Position numbers and translations under genes: made by a program | In this document: piece after piece, positions 12,701 through 25,513 of the stretch | Numbering within the stretch: position 1 is the stretch's first letter | Layout of the letters: every line of letters begins with the position of its first letter | The notes under the pieces: generated by a model | What the model was told of the DNA's origin: nothing | Databases searched by the model: none | The model's input: the letters and a program-made list of their open reading frames with translations, nothing else | Assembly (NCBI GenBank): GCA_020137815.1 | Contig: CM035361.1 | Location: 5,456,001-5,520,000 of the forward strand | From: Hormiphora californensis | Lineage: Eukaryota; Animalia; Ctenophora | DNA: 64,000 nucleotides | Reading direction: 5' to 3'

Positions 12701-15700
12701 GTCCAAATGCGCGCGCATCCGTGGTGCTGAAACGTTGTACTCTCAACATCTCAAATACTGTGCGCGCTCCCGTACCATGAGGAGCGGCGTCCCAAAATAC
12801 GCTGGCCGACTGCTGCACCCAATAACGATTTGAAACCAACGTTATACTTGTTACTTTCGTAACCCTCGCTCACGCAAGCCGGCTCAGCGTTTACAAAAGA
12901 GGGTCGCGCAATCTGACAACGTTATACGAACCAATTGTCGTATGCACTTACCGAGTGTAGGAAAACTTCCACTTACTGAAAATTGTACTTGCCATGTTCG
13001 AACCTCTCTTCCCCTAATGGAATAAAAGTTTTTTATTTGGATGTAGTTCTTGTTTAATTGGTTGCTGTGTGTTTGTTAGAAATGTGGTAAAGAAGCACAT
13101 AATATGATATATAATATATACATATACAGTCGGACCACGATTTAACGGCACCCTTGGGGAAAAGGGTTTTGTCCGTTAAATCATAATTGGGGAGACTGGA
13201 GAGTAATGGGGATGCAAGAGTTAAAGAACTGCAAATCTATGAGTTCCCCAGAAAACAATAAACTATAGATTGTTTTGTTCAAACCACGAGCTTTATTGGG
13301 TCGATCTAGGCAAAAACATGACGTACAACGTACGTACCTTGCTGATTTCTACATGTGTCATTGCCTGTCTGTACCCGATAATACTGAAAATCACAAGTCC
13401 TCCCAGAATAGTCGTGGAGCAGTTGACCACCGTGATAATGATACTGGGAGGAACTTGTTTTAATTTCAGAAACTGACAACCAATCAGAAATCTGTATTTA
13501 GGTCACGTGACTGGTTATCAACCAATCAGGGACAAGTATTTCCTGAATCCGGCAGCTCCTTTAGCTAACCTGTCTCGAATGATGTTATCACAGTTCTTGG
13601 TGAAAGACACGATCTAGCTCCAAACCCGATACCCAGTGAGTAGAAGATCTGAGAGGCTGCCGCAGACCAGACACGGACATCTAGCAGTTGTTGGGCTGAA
13701 ATGGGATTGGAAGTGATAATAGTAACCATGGTAACCTTGGACCAGACACGAACATCTAGCACTTGTTTGGGCTGGAGGGAGTGGGAAGTGGTAGTTAGTG
13801 TTACACCATGGTATCAAAATGGTAACACCATGGTATCACATTGTGATAATCACAATGGTATCACAATGGTAACACAATGGTAACACAATGGTAACACAAT
13901 GGTAACACAATGGTAACACAATGGTAACACAATGTTAACACCTGCACCATGGTAACACAATAATTACCTCAGGTGTAAGAAAGTAGACAATACCGTCATT
14001 GGCTCCCTCCAGGGTAACTCCCCGAAACAACAGAATATAGGGACTTTTAACCCGACCCTTGTTATATATGTCTCGTTATTGCTTGGGTTACCATCTTCGT
14101 GTGCATTGCCCGGGGTATCGCAACTACTGGAAAAGTAAGTCAGTTCTAGCTGGTCTCTGATTGGCTGATGACCAGTCAGGTGACCTAAATAACGAGTTCT
14201 GATTGGTTGTTTAATGCTATCTCTATATTCAGGTTGTATTATTTCTCGGCAACTGCACCCTACGTTGTTCTGATTATTCTGTTGTTTCGGGGAGTTACCC
14301 TGGAGGGAGCCAATGACGGTATTGTCTACTTTCTTACACCTGAGGTAATTATTGTGTTACCATGGTGCAGGTGTTAACATTGTGTTACCATTGTGTTACC
14401 ATTGTGTTACCATTGTGTTACCATGGTGTTACCATTGTGATACCATTGTGATACCATGGTGTTACCATGGTGTAACACTAACTACCACTTCCCACTCCCT
14501 CCAGCCCAAACAAGTGCTAGATGTTCGTGTCTGGTCCAAGGTTACCATGGTTACTATTATCACTTCCAATCCCATTTCAGCCCAACAACTGCTAGATGTC
14601 CGTGTCTGGTCTGCGGCAGCCTCTCAGATCTTCTACTCACTGGGTATCGGGTTTGGAGCTATCGTGTCTTTCACCAAGAACTGTGATAACATCATTCGAG
14701 ACAGGTGAGCTAAAGGAGCTGCCGGATTCAGGAAATACTTGTCCCTGATTGGTTGATAACCAGTCACGTGACCTAAATACAGATTTCTGATTGGTTGTCA
14801 GTTTCTGAAATTAAAACAAGTTCCTCCCAGTATCATTATCACGGTGGTCAACTGCTCCACGACTATTCTGGGAGGACTTGTGATTTTCAGTATTATCGGG
14901 TACAGACAGGCAATGACACATGTAGAAATCAGCAAGGTACGTACGTTGTACGTCATGTTTTTGCCTAGATCGACCCAATAAAGCTCGTGGTTTGAACAAA
15001 ACAATCTATAGTTTATTGTTTTCTGGGGAACTCATACATTTGCAGTTCTTTAAATCTTGCATCCCCATTACTCTCCAGTCTCCCCAATTATGATTTAACG
15101 GACAAAACCCTTTTCCCCGAGGGTGCCGTTAAATCGTGGTCCGACTGTATATGTATATATTATATATCATATTATGTGCTTCTTTACCACATTTCTAACA
15201 AACACACAGCAACCAATTAAACAAGAACTACATCCAAATAAAAAACTTTTATTCCATTAGGGGAAGAGAGGTTCGAACATGGCAAGTACAATTTTCAGTA
15301 AGTGGAAGTTTTCCTACACTCGGTATAGGTAAGTGCATACGACAATTGGTTCGTATAACGTTGGTTTCAAATCGTTATTGGGTGCAGCAGTCGGCCAGCG
15401 TATTTTGGGACGCCGCTCTCCATGGTACGGGAGCGCGCACAGTATTTGAGATGTTGAGAGTACAACGTTTCAGCACCACGGATGCGCGCGCATTTGGACC
15501 ACATTTGTTCAATATATTCCACGGTATATTGCTCAATTTGGCCAATATATTGGGCACAATACGGACCTGTATTGATCAATAAATCGCCCAATCCACAATG
15601 TAATTTTGCACGATATAGCCCCGTTAATTGAGCTAATATTGACCTATATGGACCATCTATTTCTGGCAGGGTTGTTTCCAGTTTCAATAATTTTGTTGTT

Positions 15701-16560
15701 GCTATGGTAACCATTTAATTTGCAGGTTGCTAAGGGAACTAATTCTAAAAAACTGCTGTTCTATGATGACGCTACGGTTTGTTGAATATATTTATATATT
15801 TACTAGTACACTACTACTATTGATTACATTGATCTTATTTTGTACATTTTCGTTGACATAAATCTAATATATCCTGATATCTTCATCACTCTAATATAAA
15901 TTTTCGTATACCTCTTTATAGTTTGCAGCTATATCTGACACGAAGGTTATTACGGATCCTGGAGCAACCGTTGTTTCCCTTATGGAAAAAGGTTAGTTCG
16001 TTAGTTACGTACTGGGTAACAGGAACCGACCGAAACAAGTAAATAACCAATCAGAACTCGTTATTTAGGTCACGTGACTGGTTATCAGCCAATCAGGGAC
16101 CAGTATTTCCTGATTCGGTCGGTTCCTGTTACGTACTGGGTAATACTCATTACTCAACAGTCAACAGCAGCTGTTTAATTTTTCCCCTACTATGGAGGTT
16201 AAATAGTTCATTATTTGATACTTGGTATAGTCCATTATAATATATATAAAATGAGTTAATTTAACTCATTTTATATTCCACGTGTTCCTATTCCTATTTA
16301 TTTCAGCAATGGACTTCACTACATCGGCCGGATCTCAGACAGTTGATACAGATAAGGCATTCTCAAGTACGTAGATTTTGTTATATGATCTCTCTCTGTC
16401 TCTGTTTCTCTCTCTGTCTCTGTCCCTGTTTCTCTCTCTCTGTCTCTCTGTCTCTCTGTTTCTCTGTCTGTCTCTCTGTCTGTCTCTCTGTCTGTCTCTC
16501 TGTCTCTCTCTGTCTCTCTCTGTCTCTCTCTGTCTCTCTCTGTATCTCTCTCTGTATCTC

Positions 16561-16638
<78 letters not shown>

Positions 16639-16806
16639 TCTCTCCCTCTCCCTCCTAGTTATTGTAACAAACTCCCTCCCCCATTATGATAGGTGTAGAC
16701 GTGACGGATGTTAGTCGAGTTCACATCAAGTCCTTTGGTACCTGCCTAACACACAACCCCATTACTTCCTTTGTACAATTGTATCGTGAAGGTAGGTGCT
16801 GCCGTT

Positions 16807-16842
<36 letters not shown>

Positions 16843-19318
16843 CCCGCAACTTCTCCGTGCCCCTGGTATCACCAGGGCTGAGTGTACTGAGTTCAGAGCC
16901 CTTGTGAGACTAAGAACTTCCGATGCCACTTGCTTGCCCCCGATGTTGCCCCCGACGTTGGTTACGAAGTCACCCCTTTTAATTTTTATTGCATACCTCC
17001 ACAAGCAATAATAACAGATGAGTAATTTCATTACCAAGTGCTGCCGTATGGGCCGGCTGGAAATCATTACGATCGTAATGTATACGACTACTTTGTAGTA
17101 ATTAGCATTTATATTAGCGATAATTAGCGATAAATGATAATTACACAGCGATAATTAGCGATAATTAAATCACTCAGCATCCGTCTTTCGATTTTCCTCA
17201 ATTGGCCCCTGTCCCTTAGTTAAAAAATTCGACTATATTATATGTGTGCTTTAATCGAATTTTGTTCTTTTTACTAAAACTACTGTCCCCATCTGTCAGA
17301 GCATTGACCCATTCTCGTTTCTCTCAAATCCCGTTCTGCACGCGGAGCGCGCGAGAACTATGGTCAGAGCATTGGCCTGACAGGTCCCCATTATTATAAA
17401 TGTCCCCATGAATAAGCATCGATCTCTCCACAGGTCAACAAGTTGATCTTGGATTTCTCATTGACCTCTCTGTTGCATCTGTAGCAACTAAATGTAAGTC
17501 ATAATTTTAAATACAATTTTAATTGAAATTTAGTTCTATTCAATTAAAGCACAAATAAATATTGTTATATTACAGTTGCATTTGCTATCACAAGCACTGA
17601 TAACGTACAGGCGGAAAACAACAGGGGAAAAGGGACTAAAGAACAAAAAAACAAAACGGGCGAGAGGGCACATAAAAAATTTCTTTTCCCCCCATTTTCC
17701 CCCCCGGAGAGGAGAGGGCGAAAAGGGACATGCCCCCGGGGGGGGGGGAAAAAAAAAAAACCCCCGGGGGCCCCCCCCTTTTTTCCGGGCCCCCCCCCCC
17801 CTTTTTTTTTCCCTTCCCCCCCCCTCCCCCCCCCCCCTCCCTTTCCCCCCCTCTCCTCCCCCCCTTTCCCCCCCAGAAATTGTCCAGGGAGGTTCCCCCT
17901 TTCCCCATTACTTTTCCAGTGTTTGGTCGAAAAGGGCCCCAAATCAAGGGGAAGTTTTAGCTTTGCGGAATATAAAAAATTCCTAATTTAGACCTTAAAA
18001 ATGCGCGTTTTAATTGTAAAAATTATAATATATGAGGCATAAACTCGGGCCCAAGGGCGCGTTTTTTCAGATAACTTTCTCCCAGCGCGCCGCTGGGAGA
18101 GTTAGTGGATTTTACCCGCGCGGCGGAAAATTTTTTTTTAAAAAATCCGACGACGACCCGAGGGGGAAACCCCAGGGAGGGCGGGGGGGGGTTTTTAAAC
18201 CAATAACGGCATGGTCAGAGTTTAGGGGTTATATACCCTGCTTTATTTGTTTTTTTTAAAGTTTACACCCAAAAGAGAGAGAACACTAACAAAACACACA
18301 AAGAAATGAGAAATGTTAAAAACACCTCACAATTGAGGTACATGTTGGTAACAGTTACTAAGCAGTGCTAAGGAAAAAGGGGGTGAAAAAGAAAAGGGCC
18401 CCATAAGGGGGGAGTCACAATAACACAGAGGAAGAGATAGTGAGACAAAAGGGGAGATAAAGAGGAGAGTAATTGACGGAATGTGTCCCTTTCTTTCTCT
18501 CCAATGTAGTGTGTAAGTGTTGCACATAATGTTCCCTCTGTATTTTAGTAAGAACTGATCATTACCACACACTTTGAATGTACATAGGAGTTCAAAATAA
18601 ATAACCTGCCAGTGGGAAATAATCTGCCGCTGGACTGGCTGTTTATTGAGAGCGCGCTAGTGGGACTTCTCGCCACTGGCGGGTTATTTAAGTTAGCAGG
18701 GTATATAATTCTATAATTCTATAATTATAATTCACACATACGTCAACTTTTTAGGTTTTCAATATTATGTATTTATATTGTTAATGTAGCTATCTTACAA
18801 CGCTATATGACAACTTGATTGATCAATTATTTACAGCCGGTAACTTTTGAGATCGGTTCTGGTGCCAGTGCAACCACTGTGCTCAGCAAATCTACACCAA
18901 CCACGGATGTTATTTCGGCTGCTTCTGATACTGGCTGGTACTGCGTTAACTCCGACTCAGGTTTATACATAACTAGAGAGCCCAGGCAAAAGACCCAAAA
19001 CTACTCTCGCCCCCTACTGACTCCCCCCACCCCTATCGAATCCTCTCAATATCTACTGACTGCTCTCGCCCCACATTATTGAATACTCATTCCTCAACAC
19101 CCTCCTTCCCCCCGCCCCCGCTATGTTGACCAACTCACCCCATAACCCCCTTACAGCCAGTTGGAGTCCTATAACATTCCCCCCCGTCTCCATGTCTCTC
19201 TCTCCCCCTCTCCATCTCCCTCTCTTTCCCTGTCCCCTCTCCAATGGATAGTCTCCATCTATCCCCTATCCCCCTCTCTCTCTATCCCTCTCACCCCATC
19301 ATTCGATTCCCTCCCCCC

Positions 19319-19398
<80 letters not shown>

Positions 19399-22300
19399 CC
19401 TCTTTCTCTCTATCGTCGTCTTCATATCGGGCTGGTGAATATAATGGAAGCTGGTACAGGGAAGTCTTTAGAGTACTGCAGCTGAAGAACATACCGAATC
19501 AGGTGATAAAAATCTGTAGAACTGGAGCTGTGTAGAGTTATTAAAGCTGGGATACGAATCACTGCACTGGCAAGTGCCCCGGGGCCCATCCACCCCCCCC
19601 CCTCCAAGAAAGCAAGAAAGATGCGAGGGGCCGTTCGGCCCCGAAGCTAGAGAGAGAGAAAGAAATAGAGAAAGAGAAAGAATGACGAATGTGTGTGAAG
19701 TAGGGGGCGCGAAGCCTCTAAAGTGCACACTCTCCCTTCACTCCCCCAGTGCAGTACCATACGAACGCGATGAGACCGGATTTCGGGATCAAATTACACA
19801 AGCATGCAGTTGAGCTAGAGTTTTGAAACTTGGTATCCAGCTTTCCTTTTACTATCACTTCTGGCATCCAAAGTTACAGACTGATAGGAGCTAAGATGCC
19901 GAAACGGTAGGGGTGTCAAATCCGGGTATAAAAGTGTCGTCTATAGATCTATATATATATATATACACGACCCAAATCCCGGGAGCTTAGCTCTTGAAAA
20001 CGGTTAAAGCTACAAAGTTGAAATTTTGTGGAGTCATAGTCCTCGATAGGGTGCGTGTAATAGGATATTTTTCGTTTCATACAACCTTAATTAAGACCTA
20101 ATTATGCCCTAATTAAATATGCATTTCCCACCTATCTCCGGACTGGGTGGTCGGAGAGACTTCGTTTATAGCTCATCCGAACCGGAAACATCCATTTATG
20201 GGGGGTCGTTCCCCGAACAAAAAGTCGTATCTCGGTGGGCGGACTCTAGTGCTAACGGACTCTTTATCTAAATCCAAGGCGGACTCTATATCTAAAAACG
20301 GACTCTTTATCTACAGTTAGACTTTGAAAAAAGTTTAGATAAAGAGTCCTCCCTGTGTAGACTTTTTAGATAAAGAGTCCGCCCTGTGTAGAATTTTTAG
20401 ATATAGAGTCCTCTAGTACATTTTGGCGCCAAATCCTCCAACCCGGACTCTATGTCTAAAATTCTAACCCAACCCAAAACCTAACCCTAACACTAACCCT
20501 AACCCTAACCTCGAACCCAAATAACGGCCCTAACACTTCTAAATTAGTATAGGGGTAGAGCAAACTCTCGTTTCCGGCCTAACGGCCGAAATCTCGAGTT
20601 CGCGGCGAAAGGCGGACTCTATATCTAATTTAGATTTATGTAGATATAGAGTCCACTTTGTTTAGACTTTTTAGATAAAGAGTCCGCCCTGTGTAGACTT
20701 TTTAGATAAAGAGTCCTCCTAGAGTTTAGAATTATTTGGACTCTTTATCTAAATCTAAATATAGAGTCCTCTTTACAGTCCGTCATACACATTTTTATAT
20801 GGAATTTTGTGATCGTATTTTCTGTCAGAATCTGTATAACACGCACGTGAATTTGAGCCGCGGCGCGGCGCATCTGCACGTGCGGGTTTTCAAGAGAGAG
20901 TGAGAGACAAACGTACAACGTTAATGTGCGTCTCTCTCTTTAATCTCGCACGTGAATTTGAGCCGCGGGGCGGCGCATCTGCACGTGCGGTTCTTCCAGA
21001 TAGAAATTCAAAATAGAAATCCCAGATAGAAATTCCAAATAAAAATGTGTATGACGCCGTGTTAGACTTAGAGTGTAGCACTAGAGTCCGCACACCTCGT
21101 ATCTCGCATCCTTCTGGATTTATTCACATATTTATGATTTAATACAATCATTCGCTGAATGGCTGATACTAGAAACTTTGAATTGGTGTTTGACGTAAAA
21201 ATATCGAAGTATGTGCAGCAGATTTACCAAAAAAGAGAAACATCATACCAAAAAGAAGAGAAACTAGTACCAAAAACCAATCAAATTGGTTTCGATGACC
21301 CGGGGCCCAAATTAGGCGTCGAGATGCAAAATGTTGGTAGGATAAAACATTACTTTTGTAGGAAAATCTAAAAATGCGTCAAGAAAAACACTATTGTAGC
21401 TGGTGAAGGTCGCATTCCGACGCCTTTGGGCCCCGGGTCATCCAAACCAATTTGATTGGTTTTTGGTACTAGTTGGTAGAAAAGCTGTGGCATTCATCGG
21501 GGCCTCAGCAGTAGATGGCCAAACACCACAAAACACGACAGGAACACGCAATAAAACACCCAACAACATGCACGTGCAGTATTAACACTCTTGCCCACCA
21601 TCATGGCAACTCCCCAAACCCCCCACCAAACACCCCTAACAACACGTCAATTTTCCACGTGCAAACTCTAAAAACCCCTCCCCCAAACTTTGTCTTGCAC
21701 TGTTCTCTGCTTTATAATATAGACTAGAAAGCCCATTGAAGTCCTACAATAGCCCCCCCCCACCCGTCCCCATGTCTCTCTCCCCCTCTCTTACTCTCTC
21801 CATGTCGGGGTCAAGAATACGAAGGTCGGTAGTGGTAGAATGCTGGTGATAAACATCAAGGGAAATCCCGCTGAATAACATGTAGAATTAGGTGATAAAG
21901 ATCCGTATAATTGTAGACATGTGTAGAGAATCAACGGGGTGCGTAGGTAGAAAGGCTTTGGCAATCATGGGGCAGCAGCTGTAGTAGATCCCAAAACACC
22001 ACAGGAACAACACAGGAACACGCAACAAACAAACAATAGAATGCACGTGCAGTATCCCACCTCCAATACCCCTCCCAAGCCACCTCCTTGGCAACCCCCC
22101 TCTATTTGCACGTGATGATACTACATCACACTCATCACGACGTTCATTTGTACTTTATAATAAGGACTAGAAAGCCCATTGAAGTCCTAAAACACCCACC
22201 CCCACCCGTCTCTATGTTTCTCTCCCCTCTCACTCTTCGTCTCTCCATGTCGGGGTAAAGAATACGGAGGTTGGTAGTGGTAGAGTGCTGGTGATAAACA

Positions 22301-25300
22301 TCAAGGGAAATCCCGCTGAATAACATGTAGAATCAGGTGATAAAGATCCGTAGAATTGTAGCTGTGTAGAGAATCAGGTAGAAAGGCTTTGACAATCATG
22401 GCGGCCCCAACATTAGATCCAAAAACACCACAGGAACACCACACAGGAACACGCAACAAACAATCAAAAACATGCACGTGCAGTATCCCCCCCACAACCT
22501 CCAATACCCCTCCCAAGCCACCTCCTTGGCAACCCCCTCTATTTGCACGTGGGATACTACACCATCACCACGCCACGCATTTGCAAATTATAATAAGGAT
22601 ACCGTAATCTGGGGTAACTTTGTTTTGCAGGGTAACTTTGGACACTTTCAAAATTTGGCTTTAGTCCAAAATTACAAAAAGATAACGACAGATTTGGCAT
22701 AAATTTTGGGTGTACAAGTAATTGACCTACAAATGTCTAACTAACGGTACAATTTTTTCCCTGCCCGGGTGAATGCCGAAGGCATTCACCCGGATGCCTT
22801 TTTACTTTGTAAAAAGGCATAGCAGGGTTAGAATTCGAAAACGACATTTTGGTATACTAACTAATCGGTAGAGGGACATTTTTTGGTCACACTTTCGTTG
22901 CGAGGGCAACGGTGTAGCAACTAGAGCCGCGCGCACAGTGACGAGCTATACTCGGATTTTTTGAAACTGTCACCCCCCTGAAATAACAAAATTTGTCATA
23001 TCTCCGGTTCCTGATAAGATAGAGACTTGAAATTTGGAGGTTTGGAAGAACTTAGCAAGATCTTCGTAACTTCCAAATTTCAAGTCTCTATCTCATCAGG
23101 AACCGGACTTATGGTTATTTAAAGAAATTTGAAAACTCTAGGGGGGTGACAGTTTCAAAAAATCCGACTTTACTCCTTCATCAAACACCTCATTGACACA
23201 GTTTGATGGACGTGTGTGCGCGCGCCACTCAACAAAACATGAAATGCTCTGCCGCACGTTTCGCGTGTTACATACACATTTTCATCTTGCGAGTCGAGTG
23301 TGAGATGTTAGATAAGTAGTTAAGTTGGAATGTCAAAAGCTGGTTAGCAAGTGTCATGTGATTGGGAGTTTGGCCACATTGATGCCTGAGTGAGATCGAG
23401 GTCGCGCAGCGACCGAGATCGATCTCACATCTAGGCCTCCGGCGCGTTATTGATTTTAGAGCAAACTTTTTCAAAGACCTGGCTGCAAGGAACTACCGAA
23501 CCGATTTGCATCTCGTTTGTTGCTCCTGGCAGATAATTGTCTCTAGTTTTACGGAAAATACCCGCGAGTATCAGCATTTGAGGAATAGTGGGTCAAAATT
23601 GACGCTAAACATGAGCAATTCTTTAAAGACCTGGCTGCAAGCTCCTACTCGGTCCTGGGACAATCTGCGGGTACTGGGGGAATCGTCATGGCCTTGTGAG
23701 TATGGGAAAATACCCGCCGATTCATCACGATGCGAAATGAGGCCATAATTGATCTTTGAGCAGTGCTAGGTCAGCTAAAAAGGTCTCCAAAAACGGTCTA
23801 TCACGCGCGATCTGCTGAAAACGTGCTTTAATATCGCGCGCACGTGAGTTCTTGCTCTCAACGGACCGGGATCCTATTATTCGCGGAGCGAGAATAGGAT
23901 GCGATGGATCCAAATTGGGAGTTAGCTAACTCTAAGCTATGTGAGAAGTATACTGATCCTGTTGGCAGTGACAATGTCACTGACATGTGAAACGGTAGGG
24001 CAGGGAAACACAGCATTATGAATACATAATGCAATAATTCTTGTTTTCTCAATTCTATGCTAATTAGCTCCTAATTAGGGGCAAACGTAATTGATGTCAA
24101 AATCGCTAAAAATGTTCAAATCAAAATGGGTACCATAGATTTGACCGGGCTAATGACCGAATCAAGTTTGCTCCATAGAGTGGAAGGGTTTCGATCAAAT
24201 AATTCGGGGCACCATTTTTCAAACCCGATCAATTACTTTAATTGAGACTAATAGGGGTGGCTAATGTTACCCCACCATTTTTTGAATTTTGGGGTAACTT
24301 TGGACGGGGTGCCAAAGTTACCCCACATTACAGGTTTTGAACTTTTGATGTCTGTAGAGTTGCCTTAGACCCTCTCTGAATTGTTTAGGGCCATATAACC
24401 AAAATTCAGCCCACTCCACGCCCATTTCCATCCATCTATTTGATAGGTTAGTGAAAAAAACTAGGATTTGAACTATTTTATGGAGCTAAATCACAGAAAT
24501 CCGGCCTGAAACCCATCAAACTTCAATAATTTGGGGTTCCTCGTCCATCCTGTAGCTTGTTAGGTGGTATTGGATCTCTAGGCGAGTGTTCTAGTTCTTG
24601 TAGACAATCTATGCAGGAGCACAGGTACCAGAACTCCTTTATTTAGCCAGTACCCATAAGTAGACCACTTCCTGTCTATCCAATTCAGCAAAAAGAACTA
24701 ACACACTCGCCTGGAGGGCCAATACCAAACTACAGGATGGATGAGGGACCCCAAATTACTGAAGTTTGATGGGTTTCAGGCCGGATGCGGCAACCTCTAA
24801 ATCAAGTCCGACTGAGCTAAAATTTTATTTGGTGGCTAGTTTCATCATTCCTCACACCCAAAAAAGTTGAGTCGACATCAACAAATTTTTTAAAATCATG
24901 GGGCGTTTGGCTAACCCTATTGTTCTTTTTTAATATATTGACCCATTTAAACCCCATTTAAACATTTTAGGTTCATTTATTTACCATTGCAAAATGTTCG
25001 GATGTATGTTTGTTCCAATATTACTATCGTGGGGTAACTTTGGACGGGTGTCCAAAGTTACCCCACCCTCATTCCAAAGTTACCCCATGCTCTAAAACCC
25101 CACTTACACTAAAATACACGTTAATTAATGTAATTAAATGAAAGGGGACCAAAAATTTCACTAGTTATATCTGGTGTACTAGGTCTGGAACGGGATTATT
25201 TGGTTCAAAAATTTTCGAGTGTGGTTCTGGCAAGGAGTTATTTTAGGAGAATGCTAAAAAGTGGTACAAAGTTACCCCAACTTACGGTACATAATATGTA

Positions 25301-25451
25301 TATATATGTATTATGCCAAAAACTAACAGAAATTAGTTGGCTGGAAAGGTGACCACTTTTGTTGTCAAACTGACACCTTTGCCCTCTCCGGGTTTTATCA
25401 TCACTGCACTATCTTTCCCTTTCTGATTTCTCTCTATCTCTCTTTCTGTCA

Positions 25452-25513
<62 letters not shown>

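Larger units (their letters stand above)
18973..22599 (-). mobile_element. Head-to-tail trimer of non-autonomous Helitrons (22599-22167, 22166-21724, 21723-18973)
   Basis: Minus strand reads A|TCCTTATTATAA...CTAG|TCCTTATTATAAAG...CTAG|TCTATATTATAAAG...CTAG|T; units share homologous bodies. Confidence 0.8.

Noticed and set aside
14035-14704. Functional nested SLC6 gene
   Set aside because: Only TM4-TM6 exons, two frameshifts and a deletion, embedded in a palindromic element.
16809-17170. Extra exon of the giant gene, or poly(A) retrocopy, after the T34 tract
   Set aside because: No AG acceptor after the T-run and the flanking exons already join in phase; no TSD found to support retroposition.
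17610-18420. G/C homopolymer-rich ORFs suggesting a Pro/Gly-rich protein or G-quadruplex
   Set aside because: Homopolymer-smeared low-quality sequence; the part from 18030 is a noisy copy of family J1.
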